Notes under the pieces: generated by a model
Database searches by the model: none
Seen by the model: the letters and a program-made list of their open reading frames with translations, nothing else
What the model was told of the DNA's origin: nothing
In this document: in pieces, positions 14,340-28,019 of the stretch
How the letters are laid out: every line of letters begins with the position of its first letter
How positions within the stretch are numbered: position 1 is the stretch's first letter
Translations under genes and position numbers: made by a program
Assembly: GCF_006345805.1 (NCBI RefSeq)
Contig: NC_043010.1
Coordinates: forward strand, 15,190,001-15,254,000
Source of the DNA: Octopus sinensis
Taxonomy: Eukaryota
Length of the DNA stretch: 64,000 nucleotides
Reading direction: 5' to 3'

Positions 14340-14761
14340 CAAAATCCAGGCTGCCTACGTTTCCTAGCTATCAGAACCTCGCAAATATTAATTATCCTAA
14401 TGAGAGCTATTTCGATAGCTACTCATCCGGTCAAAGATACCTTAGTCAAATGGAGAGTGGCTCAAATCTCCTGGGAGTTAACATGAGATCCCTTGACGAC
14501 AGTATATCCTCCACTCACCGAAGGCAAAACTTTGCCAGGAATGGGCTTGGATTATGCAAAAAGAGCTGGTTGCCACGTGTGAAGTATTCTCACTTAGATT
14601 TATGGCTGTGATTCGAAACAGAGGCGGTCATATTGAATAAATATGATAGTGTCGCAAATGTGTGTCCTTTTACATTGCTATGCTCGGAGCCGAAATATAA
14701 CCATATTTTGCTTTGGCAAAATTGATAAAAGTTGGTTGCCTTAATTTTGGGACACCTTGTA
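14340..14761 (+). mobile_element. 3' remnant of a Tc1/mariner-superfamily DNA transposon
   Basis: RSLDDSI (NPLDYSI-like) and ..CEVFSLRFMAVIRNRGGHIE* ending at 14640. The right TIR ttaattttgggacaccttg is followed by TA (14760-61). Confidence 0.7.
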
Positions 14762-14803
14762 TAATTCGGAAAATTTTTGGGGAAAGTATTCGGGAGAAAA
14801 ACG

Positions 14804-14951
14804 GGTAAAGTAGCTTGCTAACCAACCACATGGTTCCGGGTTCAGTCCTACTGCGTAGCACCTTGGGCATGTGTCTTCTACTATAGCCTCGGGTCGACCA
14901 AAGCCTTGTGAGTGGATTTGGTAGACGGAAACTGAAAGAAACCTGTCGTAT

Positions 14952-14985
<34 letters not shown>

Positions 14986-15033
14986 TATATTATATAGATA
15001 TATATACGTATATATAGACATATATTATATATA

Positions 15034-15085
<52 letters not shown>

Positions 15086-15289
15086 TATATATATCTGTAT
15101 GCGTGTGTATATGTTTGTGTTTGTCCCCCCCCCAACATCGCTTGACAACTGATGCTGGTGTTTTTACGTCCACCTAACTTAGCGGCTCGGCAAAAGAGAC
15201 CGATAGAATAAGGCCTGGGGTCGATTTGCTCAACTAAAGGCGGTGCTCCAGCTTGGCCACAGTCAAATGACTGAAACAAGTAAAAGAAT
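14804..15289 (+). mobile_element. SINE family 2 copy
   Basis: Homologous to the other family-2 copies, with an expanded central (TA)n. Confidence 0.85.
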
Positions 15290-15599
15290 ATATAACGGAA
15301 TTACGTTGGTCCTGGGGATAAGCTGACTACATTAAAAAGGGTTTAAATCCGTACAATAGTTACGTAATTTTTTTTTATCGATTTTTATGGTCGATGGTAT
15401 TCATCTACTACTTGTGAAAAAAAAAAAACATGCAGTTTAAACGCTGCACATCATTTCAGTGAACTTCATCCATCATTAAATGGGAGCTTAGCCTTTGAAA
15501 TTTCTCAAAATCCATTTCAGAATTAGCAGCACGTCAAATTTACTTTCTTTTGTTTAGGATTGCGATATGGACATGATGTCACAGTATTTGAAATGGATC

Positions 15600-16100
15600 A
15601 AAGTGCTTGTAGCTCATCTAACAACCTCGATTGTATTAAGAACTTTGACAGTAAACGACCTTAGAAAATTATTCAACAGGAACAATATAAAAGCTAACTC
15701 TTTGGCAACTTTCTGCATAAGAAATTATTCTTCGGTTGCAACAGAACAAAGAAAAATTGGGAAAAAAAAGAAAACACTGCAATTTCCGAAGTATTGTGTC
15801 GTTCCCGTTGAATCTCCAGTGCATACATATTAATTGCGATGTTTGTAAGGTGACAACAAAAGAAATATAATCTAGTAATATTGTTTCTTATAATGGTCTA
15901 ACGGAAAACTCTTTTAAGAATAGATTATATTAACATTTGGGAACACACAATTATCAAGACAATGAATCTAAGAAAATGGGAAGTGTTTGGAAAAAGTAAA
16001 ATGTATAAAAAAAATCTAAATGGATGGACTTGGAATAATAGAAAACAATTTGGGTTTACAGATGAACGAAATCTACCTTTGATAGTAACGACTCAACCAA
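15600..16100 (+). mobile_element. Degenerate PLE fragment (RT thumb to GIY-YIG)
   Basis: RKLFNRNNIK (KIFNRNTVK-like) and NIVSYNGLTENSFKNRLY*H (YIGLT..FK.R..NH-like), with stops and frameshifts. Confidence 0.55.
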
Positions 16101-16489
16101 CAAGTTTTTCAAGCTAAAGAAGTGCAACTGTAAAGGTATTTGATGATTCTTTTTCCTTTGTAGTACCGAGGTCTAGTGTCACAAGCATTCGCAATATATT
16201 ATTTAATATAATAACGTTGTGTATGACTTGATTAATTCACACAGACACGCACACACGCACACACATTTACACACACATTTGCACACGCACATTCACGCAC
16301 ATACGTACGCACGCAGAGACGCAGTGACATTTACACAATATAGCCATGAAAATATATGCACCTCCCATAACATAATAAAGATTCCTTTAACGTACGCAAG
16401 AATGGGTATGTTTTCCTTTATCGACAAACTTCAATTCAATTCTATCATATTTCCCCAGTTTCTCACGCTGTATCCTACATGTTCAACCA

Positions 16490-16885
16490 CATACATACAT
16501 ACATACATACATACATACATAACATACATACATACATGCATACATACATACATACATGCATACATACATACATACATGCATACATACAAACATACATACA
16601 TACATACATACATACATACATACATACATACATACATACATGCATACATACATACATACATGCATACATACAACATACATACATATATACATACATACAA
16701 CATACATACATACATATATACATACATACATACATACATACATAACATGCATACATACAAACATACATACATACATACATACATACATACATACATACAT
16801 ACATACATACATACGTGCATACATACATACATACATACATTCATACATACATGCATACACACATACATACATACATACATACATA
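16490..16885. repeat. (TACA)n tetranucleotide array
   Basis: Direct reading. Confidence 0.95.
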
Positions 16886-17538
16886 TATCTTTCATCCTTT
16901 ACTTCAGTCATTGAACTGTGGCCATGCTGGGGTATCAGCTTACCGAGCTTACTTGAACAAACCGCCCCTCCCCCAGGACGTTTTTCTTTGAAGCAAGGTA
17001 CTTAATGTGTCAAGTCTTCTTTGCCAAACCACTAAGTTAAGCGGATGAAAGCAAACACTGGTTGTCAAATAGTCGAGTGGTACAAACAAAAATCACACGC
17101 ATATACACATATACACACACATACCGACATTCCTACATACATGCATACACGCACACAAACATACACACACATATATGTATGTATGTTTTGTAAACATATA
17201 TATATATATATATATATATAGCTTCCTGAAGATTTCTCTTGAATGAAACAGTTCTAGTCCTGTAGAAGCTCCTTCTATATAATAAATTAATTTTACTCTG
17301 CTATGTATTGAGTACCTTATTTACTGTGGTTAACCCCGAATCAACCCGGGACCTACATATATATATATATATATATATGTTTATATGCGGTGGCTTTCTT
17401 TCAGTTTCCGTCTCTTAAGTCAGCTGACTAGTCTCTGGTAAGCCCGAGTTTGTAGTAGAGGACCCTTGCCCAAGCGGCTTAATCTGGAAAAATGAGGTTG
17501 GGAACTAAGCTTCTTACCACAGAGCCACGCTTGCGCCT
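16886..17538 (-). mobile_element. Old SINE family 2 copy interrupted in its central microsatellite by an HHR-bearing insert
   Basis: Tail at 16890-17060, head/core at 17385-17538, unrelated sequence at ~17220-17355. Confidence 0.6.
17220..17270 (+). ncRNA. Compact type I hammerhead motif with atypical stem II
   Basis: AGCTTC-CTGAAGA-TTTC-TCTT-GAAT-GAAACAG-TTCTAGTC-CTGT-A-GAAGCT: 6-bp stem I, 4-bp stem III, GUA site. Confidence 0.6.
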
Positions 17539-17545
17539 AAATACA

Positions 17546-17619
<74 letters not shown>

Positions 17620-17639
17620 ATATGAATATTTATCACTAT

Positions 17640-17830
17640 GGACTCCGTGTGGGCAGTCATCTAAAAGTTTTTGTTCGTCATGATGCTGACATAAGTTCCT
17701 TGTCTTTCCTGATGAGAAGGCGGCATAATGCACCCTTTATTCCTTCGGAATTAGGAATATGCAGTCTTCGAAACATATGTCGTGAATAAAGGAATTTTGT
17801 TAAATCGTCGTTCGACTCCATTCTTTCATT
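17640..17830 (+). mobile_element. PLE pLTR with type I hammerhead (core 17709-17781)
   Basis: CTGATGA-GAAGGC..GTCTTC-GAAAC-ATAT-GTC. The 3' end is homologous to the arms of the 11963-14227 element. Confidence 0.72.
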
Positions 17831-18189
17831 TATCTATGCATATATATATATATAATAAATCAGTTTGATTCAGGCTCGTTGTTACTCTAAGTTTCAAGTG
17901 TGTGGCCATCCTTTGGCCATTGGGTTCTGAATGGGCGTTCGACTGAAGACAGTCAATGTTTACTACTGGACGGTACCCTGCGATTGGTCGAGAAATGTCA
18001 CTCGGTATAGTAATGTGGTGTGGTATTGGTATATCAACGACAGCAATTACTTGGAAAATACCGTATGGTGGATAGAAAGGAAATGGGGAACGCATGGCAG
18101 GAAATCGGTAGATGTGAAGGTATATATATATGTATTGGCTTAAGTCTGTCTTTGTTTGATTTGCATAATAGTGGTTTTGTCTCTAATTT

Positions 18190-18228
<39 letters not shown>

Positions 18229-18424
18229 CATGTATATGCCCATATATCTGTGTGTATGCATCCGTGCTTATACGAGTGTGTACGTGTGCGAAGATGTACA
18301 TTCCACAACGGCACGCGCACGGTGACCTCGTTGCAGCCGGTGCTAGGGGGTGGTTGGCACCAAAGGGGTATATCCGGGTTGTCGGCGGCTAGTGGCTTGA
18401 AATTTACCAGAAAGGTTTTTCTCT

Positions 18425-19050
18425 GGAAATAGCAATACGAGACATCATATTACTTGTTGATGGTTACTGCAGGTTGTTAAATGATATTCAGTTTTTCACG
18501 GAGGCACATTTGGCAGTTAGGGGCCCCAGGTGAATATGTTGGCGCCCTGTCGATAGTAGTCCACATGATGCTGGGTACTTTGACTTGGTGCACACGAAGT
18601 CTCCGGAGAAAGCGCGAGTGGAATTTTCTCTGTTCCTGAATCTTAATGAACGCAAATGCTGGGAGTATGTTGACTTGAAATTATTGGCTGTTATGCCCGT
18701 ATAGTGTCTAGTAATACCATTGGATGGTGTAAGGGTGGATCTGTATACTACAGCTCTTGGGAAGCAGGATCCTCCTGGAGGGCATGTGGTAGGATTTCCG
18801 GATTTGCGGTTTGGAGGTGGGGGTTGTGTGGGTGCGTTTTTACATCTGTTGATACGTACAGTGTTAGATGTGATGTTTCTAAGCAGCAATAGCTCACCTT
18901 GACATTGTGGAGGTTGAATAGTTTGTAATACTTATGACCTCTGGGGAAGTGTTTCTTTATTAATGGTAGGAAGCTTGTGACTAGGTTGGTAGAAATTTCT
19001 AGGTTATATGGAGGGTTACACCAGATTATTTTCCTTTTCCCAATACTCTT
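18425..19050 (-). mobile_element. Degenerate PLE: RT thumb plus GIY-YIG (CxxCxxEK type)
   Basis: KRKIIWCNPPYN..TNL..FLPLIKKHFP..KLFNLHNVKVSYCC; CPPGGSC..AVVY..HYTGIT..FK; CQMCLREK, with frameshifts. Confidence 0.85.
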
Positions 19051-19600
19051 GAGGTGACATACATAGGTTAAAATATACGTATACATACATGTGTACTGGT
19101 GTATACACACACAATATATCTATTTCTAAGCCAGAAGAAAGAAAATATCATTGGTAGAAGACATGGATATTGTTCCAAAATCGTGCTCTATCTGGTTTGG
19201 TTGTAATCATAGTCGTAGTATGAGAACAAGTCTTGTAAAAAGAAGCTGGATAAAGCAGAATAGCTAAAGGCTAAAGAAAAATGTTTCAATATTTAGAAAT
19301 GTTTCGAACAGTAAATCTCTTGGTGTGATTTGACGTTTTGAAGAAATTTGTTCGGTGTTGTCGAAACAAAATGGCGGACATCGAGACATTTTACGTGTAA
19401 TGTGGGGCAAAACGAATAAAAATAGTCTACCAAATTTTCTTTACTTTCTTGCTTTAACGTCTTACTTTACTCTTCGTCTCTTTTTTGCTCTCTCTCTTCT
19501 TCCCTCACTCTCTCTCTCTCTGTCTATATATCTGTCCATCTGTCTGTCTTTCTTTGTCTGTCTCTGTATGTCAACCTGTGTGTCTGTCTGTCTCCCTTTT

Positions 19601-19632
<32 letters not shown>

Positions 19633-19796
19633 AGCTATTATTCAAATATCAAGTATTCCATAGCCCATCGAGATTCAAAATGTAGTTTTACATTCGTAGA
19701 GAAAGACTTTCACTATATTATATTATTTATGGCGGTTCTGAAGCTGATCAGTGTGATAGAAGTAGTAGTCGTAGTTGTAGTCGTCATCGTCGTTGT

Positions 19797-19854
<58 letters not shown>

Positions 19855-20346
19855 GTGTTGGTGGTTTTAGTGGTGGTGGCCGGTTGTAATGTTCATGGTT
19901 TCTTCACTAAGTCTTTCCAAATGTTTTTATTGTTATTCATTTTAAGATCTGAGTGACTAATCTCCGGATTAATTTAATTAATTCATTTATTCTATTGGGA
20001 AACCAATACTCATTATCTATTGGTTAGATTCTCTCCACATAGAGAGTCACTCCAGTATATTATTTTTTTTTTTAAATTCAATTATTGAAAAGAAATACCA
20101 TAAGTGTTGTGGTTTCAACAGCTTGATACCACATTCTACCGCAACACCAGAAACGTTTCCCTCTCTGAAGCTTTGCCAACCAACCGATAAAAGACATATA
20201 CAGCAAGATCTGTTTACTGAGGGTATAAACAAAGCCAGCGGCTTCATTTAGGAGCAATGTTCCGTCTGTCTGTCTGTCTCTCTCTTTCTATCTCTCTCTG
20301 TATATATTTATAAATATATATATATATAATATAATATATATATATA

Positions 20347-20575
20347 TTTCTTTATTGCCCACAAGCGGCTAAACCACAGAGACAAGCAAGGACAGACAAA
20401 GGGATTAAGCGATTACATCGACCCCAGTGCGTAACTGGTACTTATTTAATCGACCCCGAAAGGATGAAAGGCAAAGTCGACCGTCGGCGGAATTTGAACT
20501 CAGAACGTAGCGGCAGGACGAAATACCGCAAAGCATTTCGCCCGGCGTGCTAACGTTTCTGCCAGCACGCCGCCT
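20347..20575 (-). mobile_element. tRNA-derived SINE family 3, tail type A
   Basis: Head ggcggcgtgctggcagaaacgttagc..gagttcaaattcc, central actttgcctttcatcctttcggggtcgat (Deu/Nin-like from recall) and tail ..tgtgggcaataaagaaata. Confidence 0.82.
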
Positions 20576-20621
20576 GGCATATAATGAGTATATATATATA
20601 TATAATATATATATATATATA

Positions 20622-20663
<42 letters not shown>

Positions 20664-21482
20664 GTGTACATATATATGCATATGAATTGAATCAAAATAA
20701 ACAACAGGATATCAAGAAGTGATGCAGTACGTCCATTTCAAGCAGCTCCATTTAATTGAAGAACGCAATGATTACATCAATTTAAATGCAGGGCTATCTC
20801 CAGCTTCATAAATAAAGAGAATTTTTCAATCAGTTGGACACATTAATATAATTTTACTTAAATTCTCTAATAGAGCAAGAAGGGGGAAAAGTCTATGTTG
20901 TAAGTAATGTAGCTCAAAATATACTACACTTCTAAGAAGTTTGTTAGGGTCATAACTTGTAACGGATTGTGTTTCATTTTTAATTTATCAGTCTTTTATA
21001 TCAACTATCAAATCTAAGGCTAGAGAACAGTGTCTGTTTAGAATGGAGAGTCGACAGTTTATAGTTGGGTATGGTAATAAATATTGTCAGGATTTTAGGA
21101 AAGGTGTAAGTAATTCTCAATAGAGGAGGTTGGGTAGGGGAAGACCGTAAATCATGATGTTAATTACCAGTTAAAGGGGCAAAGCGCTAATAAAACCTAT
21201 GATGTTAATACAGAGGAAATTATCAAGGGGTACAATGGATGATTGTATATACACAATAATGTTATGTTGCATGAAGATAAAATTTAAGATTATTAAAACT
21301 GATATTATAACCAGAATAGATTAACTGTGTATTTATACCAATTTTCAACATTAAAAAGGGAAGATTACATAGAATTAGTTTAATATTCATTCCTGTACTT
21401 AATTATTTACTTATAAGGTAGTTTCTATAAAGATTGCTCTGGGCACTTAATTATGGAATACTGGTGCGACAAATCATGCTAT

Positions 21483-21889
21483 ACTCTTTTACTCTTTTAC
21501 TTGTTTCAGTCATTTGACTGCGGCCATGCTGGAGCACCGCCTTTAGTCGAGCAAATTGACCCCGGGACTTATTCTTTGTAAGCCTAGTACTTATTCTATC
21601 GGTCTCTTTTGCCGAACCGCTAAGTGACGGGGACGTAAACACAACAGCATCGGTTGTCAAGCAATGCTAGGGGGACAAACACAGACACACAAACACACAC
21701 GCATATATATATATATACATATATACGACAGGCTTCTTTCAGTTTCCGTCTACCAAATCCACTCACAAGGCATTGGTCGGCCCGGGGCTATAGCAGAAGA
21801 TACTTGCCCAAGATGCCATGCAGTGGGACTGAACCCGGAACCATGTGGTTGGTTAGCAAGCTACTTACCATACAGCCACTCCTGCGCCT
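21483..21889 (-). mobile_element. SINE family 2 copy
   Basis: Full-length homologue. Confidence 0.88.
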
Positions 21890-22317
21890 ATCTTAATATT
21901 AATTGTAAGCTAAGAACCAGAAAGAATGGAAAAAATAAGTTGTGCACAGATTCATACACATATTTAACTATGTGCACACATGCAAAAATATTTGTACTTT
22001 ATTATGGGTATGTTACCATCAACTCCTCTAGACTTAAGAAACTAGAAAGTTTATATTTCTCTTGAAGAACATTAATAACTTATATGAGATAAGATGTTAA
22101 TAGGTAAATGTAACAAAATAAGAAAACAGAATAAGAAATTATAGAGAATAGTAAGAAAATATATATAACGTATTGTATAAAATACTCGGGGGTAAGTCCA
22201 CATCATATATGACACCAAAATTAATTTCCCTTATCTAGGTTCAAGTGCAGTATCTATAAACGCTAATTTTGAAAACACTTGTATATGTATGTATACACAC
22301 ACACACCACACACACAA

Positions 22318-22391
<74 letters not shown>

Positions 22392-22544
22392 TATATGTAT
22401 GTATGTATGTATGTATATGTATATATATGTATATATATATATGCATGATACACACACACACACACAAACACACACAATATATATATATATATATATATGT
22501 ATTGCATATATATATGTATAAATATATCTTCCCAAACTACGAAT

Positions 22545-23120
22545 CCACACCAAACTCTCCATCCCCTACTCCCAGTTCCTCCGCCTGCGCTGGTTCTGCA
22601 GTGACAACCATGACTTTGAGACTCAGTCTCAACTCATGGCTTACCACTTCATCCTTCACGGATATACCCCCACCACTATTCCCACAGCCCTTGCCAGAGC
22701 ACGTTCCATGGACGTACCTCTGCTCTCTCTCCCAGCACAAGCGTCACCGTTACCCGTCTCACTTCACATACTACCCCCCATTCTGCCCCTCCAACGCACC
22801 ATTCTCCGACCCTTCCGGTGACTCCAGTCCGAACCCTCCACCTCGCACAACTTTCCCAACCTACCCCATTCCCTCCTTCAAACGAGCCCACAACGCGCGT
22901 CACCTCCTGGTCCACAGTTTCTTCCCTTACCCCACTTCACAACCTGGCTTGTTCCCTGCTCTCGCCCATGCTGACACACTTGCCCCTACCTCTCCAGCAT
23001 CACCATCCTCACAAGCACCCACTATCGTCCGTATCATATTACCGACTCCTTTACCTGCACTTCTAGCAGCGTCATCGACTGCATCTCCTGCACTTTCTCC
23101 CCTTCTCTGTACGTTGGGAA
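22545..23120 (+). mobile_element. Degenerate Neptune-type PLE fragment (RT thumb, Cys linker, start of GIY-YIG)
   Basis: [23 protein letters not shown]; FPC.RPC.TCPY; [18 protein letters not shown]. Confidence 0.82.
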
Positions 23121-23394
23121 AGAGAGAGTGTAAAGTACTCTGTGGAAATTGTTGTGATGTGAGATGGGCGTTCGTGTATGCGAAGAGCACAGAGGCTATT
23201 TTGAGTTGCAGGGGATTAAGCAAACGTAATACACATAAATGAACAAATCTTAAAGTCTTAATTAATGTATTAATGCAATTAATTTTAAATAATGGACAAA
23301 GATGAAGAAAATACGGTGGATCAAAGAATGCCTTTTGTCTTCACTGGTATTTTCGATTACTGAAAATTCGGCATATAGACACCAACAGCGCAAA

Positions 23395-23830
23395 GAGAGA
23401 TGAGAGATAGAGAGGTGAGAGAGTGAGATGAAGGAGAGAGAGAGAGAGAGCGAGAGGTGAGAGAGTGAGATGAAGGGAAAAGAGAGAGAGAGATGTGTGA
23501 GAGAGAGATGAGAGAGGGAGAGATGAGAGAGAGAGAGAAAGAGAGAGAGAGGGGGTAGGGAGAGATGAGAAAGGAAGAGAGAGGGAGAGAGAGATGAGAG
23601 AGGGAGAGGTGAGAGAGTGAGATGAAGGGGAGAGAGAGAGATGTGGGAGAGAGAGAAGAGATGAGAGAGAAGGCGAAAGAAAGTGATTGCGAGAGAGGTG
23701 GAGAAAAAAGAAAGAAAGAAAGGATGAAAGAAAGATAGAACGAAAGAATGAAAGAAATAAAAAGAAAGAAAGAGGAAAAGAAAGAAAGAGAAAATGAAAG
23801 CAAGGGAAAAAGAAAGAAAGAGAATTTCCG
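23395..23830. repeat. Polypurine GA-rich minisatellite / low-complexity tract
   Basis: Recurrent gagaggtgagagagtgagatgaagg units, then GAAA-rich sequence. Confidence 0.9.
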
Positions 23831-24143
23831 AATAAGGGAATAAAACACACATGGTAGAGCACAGGTTCTATTATGAGATAAAGAGATTATGCTTGGATAA
23901 CGGGCACAAATCAAAAAGGTTTACACCCTTGATAAATCAATTAACGTAATTAATAAACCAAAATAAATATTGCTTGTCTTAGAATCTTTACTGCCCTGTT
24001 TTCGACGACTGACGGTTATTTATTTGCAGGTCAAGTAAAAAAAAAAAAAGGACACTTAAAATCATGAATTTATGTCGTAGAAACTTTAGAACACTCTTGG
24101 AGAGGATAAGATGGCGGAGACTGGAAAACAAGATCGGCGAAAA

Positions 24144-24574
24144 CTCTTTTACTCTTTTACTTGTTTCAGTCATTTGACTGCGGCCATGCTGGAGCACCGC
24201 CTTTAGTCGGGCAAATCAACCCCAGGACTTATTCTTTGTAAGCCCAGTACTTATTCTATCGGTCACTTTTTGCCGAACTGCTAAGTGACGGGGACGTAAA
24301 CACACCAGCATCGGTTGTCAAGTAATGCTAGGAGGACAAACACAGACACACAGACACATACACACACATACAATATATATATATATATAATATATATATA
24401 TACATATATACGACAGGCTTCTTTGAGTTTCCGTCTACCAAATCCACTCACAAGGCATTGGTCGGCCCGGGGCTATAGCAGAAGACACTTACCCAAGATG
24501 CCACGCATTGGGACTGAACCCGGAACCATGTGGTTGGTTAGCAAGCTACTTACCACACAGCCACTCTTGCGCCT
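24144..24574 (-). mobile_element. SINE family 2 copy
   Basis: Full-length homologue. Confidence 0.88.
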
Positions 24575-25150
24575 ATACACTCCTGCGCTTAACTAGTGAA
24601 AATGATGAAAAGGAAGAGGGTTGTAGTTATACATTTTTCTAGACGGGAATTCAAGATAACGAAGACAGATAGTGTACTTGGATTTGGTATTCTACAGCTC
24701 ACTGTGGGTAAGTTGGAAGAGCTAATGCGTGGTGTCTGTGACTGTGCAATGAAATTGAGACTCTCATTAGATGAAGATCGGTTTTCTATCGTTTTCTTTT
24801 GTTAAGCTCGTACATTAAACAGCTCCGGAGAGTTGATAGCGTTATTATATGACTCACTGACAGATATTTTGATGGCTTGAAGGGATGAAGCAATCCTTTT
24901 CGATTTTGGATTAGTTTTGCAAATTAAAATTCTTTTTTTTTTTTTATCTAAAACCGTGTATCAAAACCAACATTATTATATTTAAGAAAAATCGGCTAGG
25001 GTGTTGGACTCATGATCGTAAGATTGTAGTTTCGATTCCTAGACCGGCCGATGTGTTGTGTTCACGCTCATCCAGTTCACTCAACTCAGAAAAAACAGCG
25101 ATTAGAAAGCTCTGCTTCCTTTATTGCAAATTAGACATTATTATTAACAT

Positions 25151-25405
25151 GGCGCAGGAGTGGCTGTGTGGTAAGTAGCTTGCTTACCAACCACATGGTT
25201 CCGGGTTCAGTCCCACTGCGTGGCACCTTGGGAAAGTGTCCTCTACTATAGCCTCGGGCCGACCAAAGCCTTGTGAGTGGATTTGGTAGATGGAAACTGA
25301 AAGAAGCCTGTCGTATATATGTATATATATGTATGTGTGTGTGTGCGCGTGTGTGTTTGTGTGCCTGTGTTTGTCCCCCTAGCATTGCTTGGCAACCGAT
25401 GCTGC
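25151..25405 (+). mobile_element. SINE family 2, 3'-truncated
   Basis: Head and core are present; the tail is absent. Confidence 0.85.
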
Positions 25406-25583
25406 TATAACATGCAGTGCAGTCAGAGGTGAGAACGTGCATCACTTATGGTTGCATTAGATGTACAGTACAAGCTTATTTGAGAAAGATTTTACACAAA
25501 TGTACATGTACACACACACACACACACATACACACACACACACACACGCACGCACACACACACACACACCACACACACAAACA

Positions 25584-25635
<52 letters not shown>

Positions 25636-25718
25636 ACTAATGTAAGATAACATTTTTTTCGGGAAAAATTTTTTATCAATGGCCAGCATATCAAAAAATA
25701 CCTTTAAAGCTTAAATTT

Positions 25719-25876
25719 ATAAATAATTTACAAAAATAAGGGCAAAAGAAAAATTCTAATGCCAAATATGCCGAAAGAAAGACAAAAACTGTCAATAACC
25801 ATTATAATTTTTGTCTTTTTTTCGGCATATTTGACATTATAATTTTTCTTTTGCCCTTATTTTGTGAATTATTTAT
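25719..25876. repeat. Imperfect ~70-bp inverted repeat with ~19-nt loop
   Basis: 25719-25788 pairs with 25808-25876. Confidence 0.8.
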
Positions 25877-26779
25877 ATATATATATATATATATATTTGT
25901 AAAAAAGAAGTTTGAAAACGCCACTATATTAGATAAATTTTAATTTTCTGATGAATTTTACATGTTTCGGGTCTTGAAAAAACGGACCTTATCAAAAATA
26001 TTATAAAAAGTGGAATGGAAAAGTTCATAATCATTTCTTACTGTTCTCAATAGAATCCATGTGGTGGTGTTTTGTCGGTAGTTGGTATAATCGCTATATT
26101 ACTGTTGAGTGTAGTAAAGAAGTCCATTATTGCATATATATATATTATATATATATGCAAACAATCATACACACACATACATGACTGCATGTGCACATTT
26201 ATTGTCGGATGATAGCAGAATCGTTAGTGTGTCAAATAAAAATATAGGTGACAACATTTGAAACTTATATTTAACAAGCAACATTGTTACGACACCAAGC
26301 AAAATGCATCGTCGCATTTTAACGGTTTTTATGTTCTGAGTTAAAATTCTCCCGATGTTGAATTTCCCTTTCATCCATCGAGATCGATATCATAGGTACC
26401 AGTTGAACAGTGAGGTCGATGCACTAGGCCAAAAATTTTTGGCATGTGGCCAAAATTTGAAAACTAATATCTAATTACTCCAATTACATCTCTATTAAAT
26501 TTCCCTTCCTCTCTTCGAAGATTGGCCCATATAAAGTCATTCAACTATTGAGTTCAATCCGTTTAAATACCCTTAATAGCAGCTAGCTATGCTTTTTTCA
26601 TTCTCCTACTTTAAAAAAAAGTCGAAGAATCAAAAGGATAGCATACACACACTTACACTCACACGCAACGATTTATTCTCTGCCTCCCTCATTTTTATCT
26701 CTAGGCCATCCTCTTTCTCTAACCGTGACACGGAAACTGTATTTTTAATTAGATATCTCACCACAGATCAGATGAATTT

Positions 26780-27199
26780 GATTAAATCTATGCATATGAG
26801 TATTAGACATATGTGCATGCATGTATGTAAGTATGTATATATGTATGTATGTATGTATATATAAATATATATATATATGTATATATACACATATATATAT
26901 TACTGTATGTATATATATATATATATGTATGCATATATACGTATATGTATACATATATGCATATATATACTATATATTATATATATATTATATATCATAT
27001 ATATATATATATATGTAAGTATGTATATATATATTACAGTTATAATAAATCTATACACATGTGAATATATACACATTGCATATGAGGATATACATATATA
27101 AAGAAACGTGCACACACCACACACACATATATATGTATTTGTATATCTATGCATATGTATATATGTATATATATATATATGTGTGTGTGTGTGTGCATA

Positions 27200-27230
<31 letters not shown>

Positions 27231-27975
27231 AACACTATTTACACACACACACACATATATATGTACACATACATACACACACACACTTACATACATACAT
27301 ATATACATGCATACATACATGCATATGTATATTTCTCACAAGCAAGCTTAAATTATTTTGAGGTTAGAAGCAGGCCGTTCATCTGTGCGTCATAGATAGA
27401 GAGAACAAAAGAGAAACGAATGCTCTTTCTTAGTCAGACTGTTTGTATTTCTGCTGATCATAATCAGAATAATTCATTCTGATTCTGTAGTAGTGGGAAT
27501 TAGCGTAGCGTTCGCTGAATATTATGTAATACACCATAGAGGATATGACTTAATTAATTCTGTATAAGATTATATTTATAGCTTCACTATACAACAACAG
27601 ATAGCAACTTGACTCACATTCATCTTCGCTGCACTCGAAAACACGTAACCAGTTCCATTCGAACCTTATATGCATATATATATATATATATTGACGTATG
27701 AATACATAAATATGAATGTATTTGCGTCTCACTCTCAGTGAATGTATATATGTGCGTATGTGTGTGTGTGCGTTCGTGTGTGTGTGTGGTGTGTAAGTAT
27801 AAGAGTAAGTGTGCGTAAGTATGTGTGCATGTGTGTGCTTATAAATGTATATCCATATGTATTTGTATGTGTGTGTGCGTATGTGTGCACAAATATATAG
27901 GTATGGTATATATATATATTTTAGGTAACGTACACGAGTATGCATATATATTCACACTAAATATAAGCATATCTA

Positions 27976-28019
<44 letters not shown>

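Noticed and set aside
15559-15663. Apparent splice acceptor followed by LRYGHDVTVFE (FAD-oxidoreductase-like) exon
   Set aside because: The frame stops after ~35 codons, no partner exons are seen, and the downstream sequence is a degenerate PLE.
25948-25985. Plus-strand CTGATGA..GAAA
   Set aside because: No stem II or stem III on this strand; the better fold is on the minus strand.
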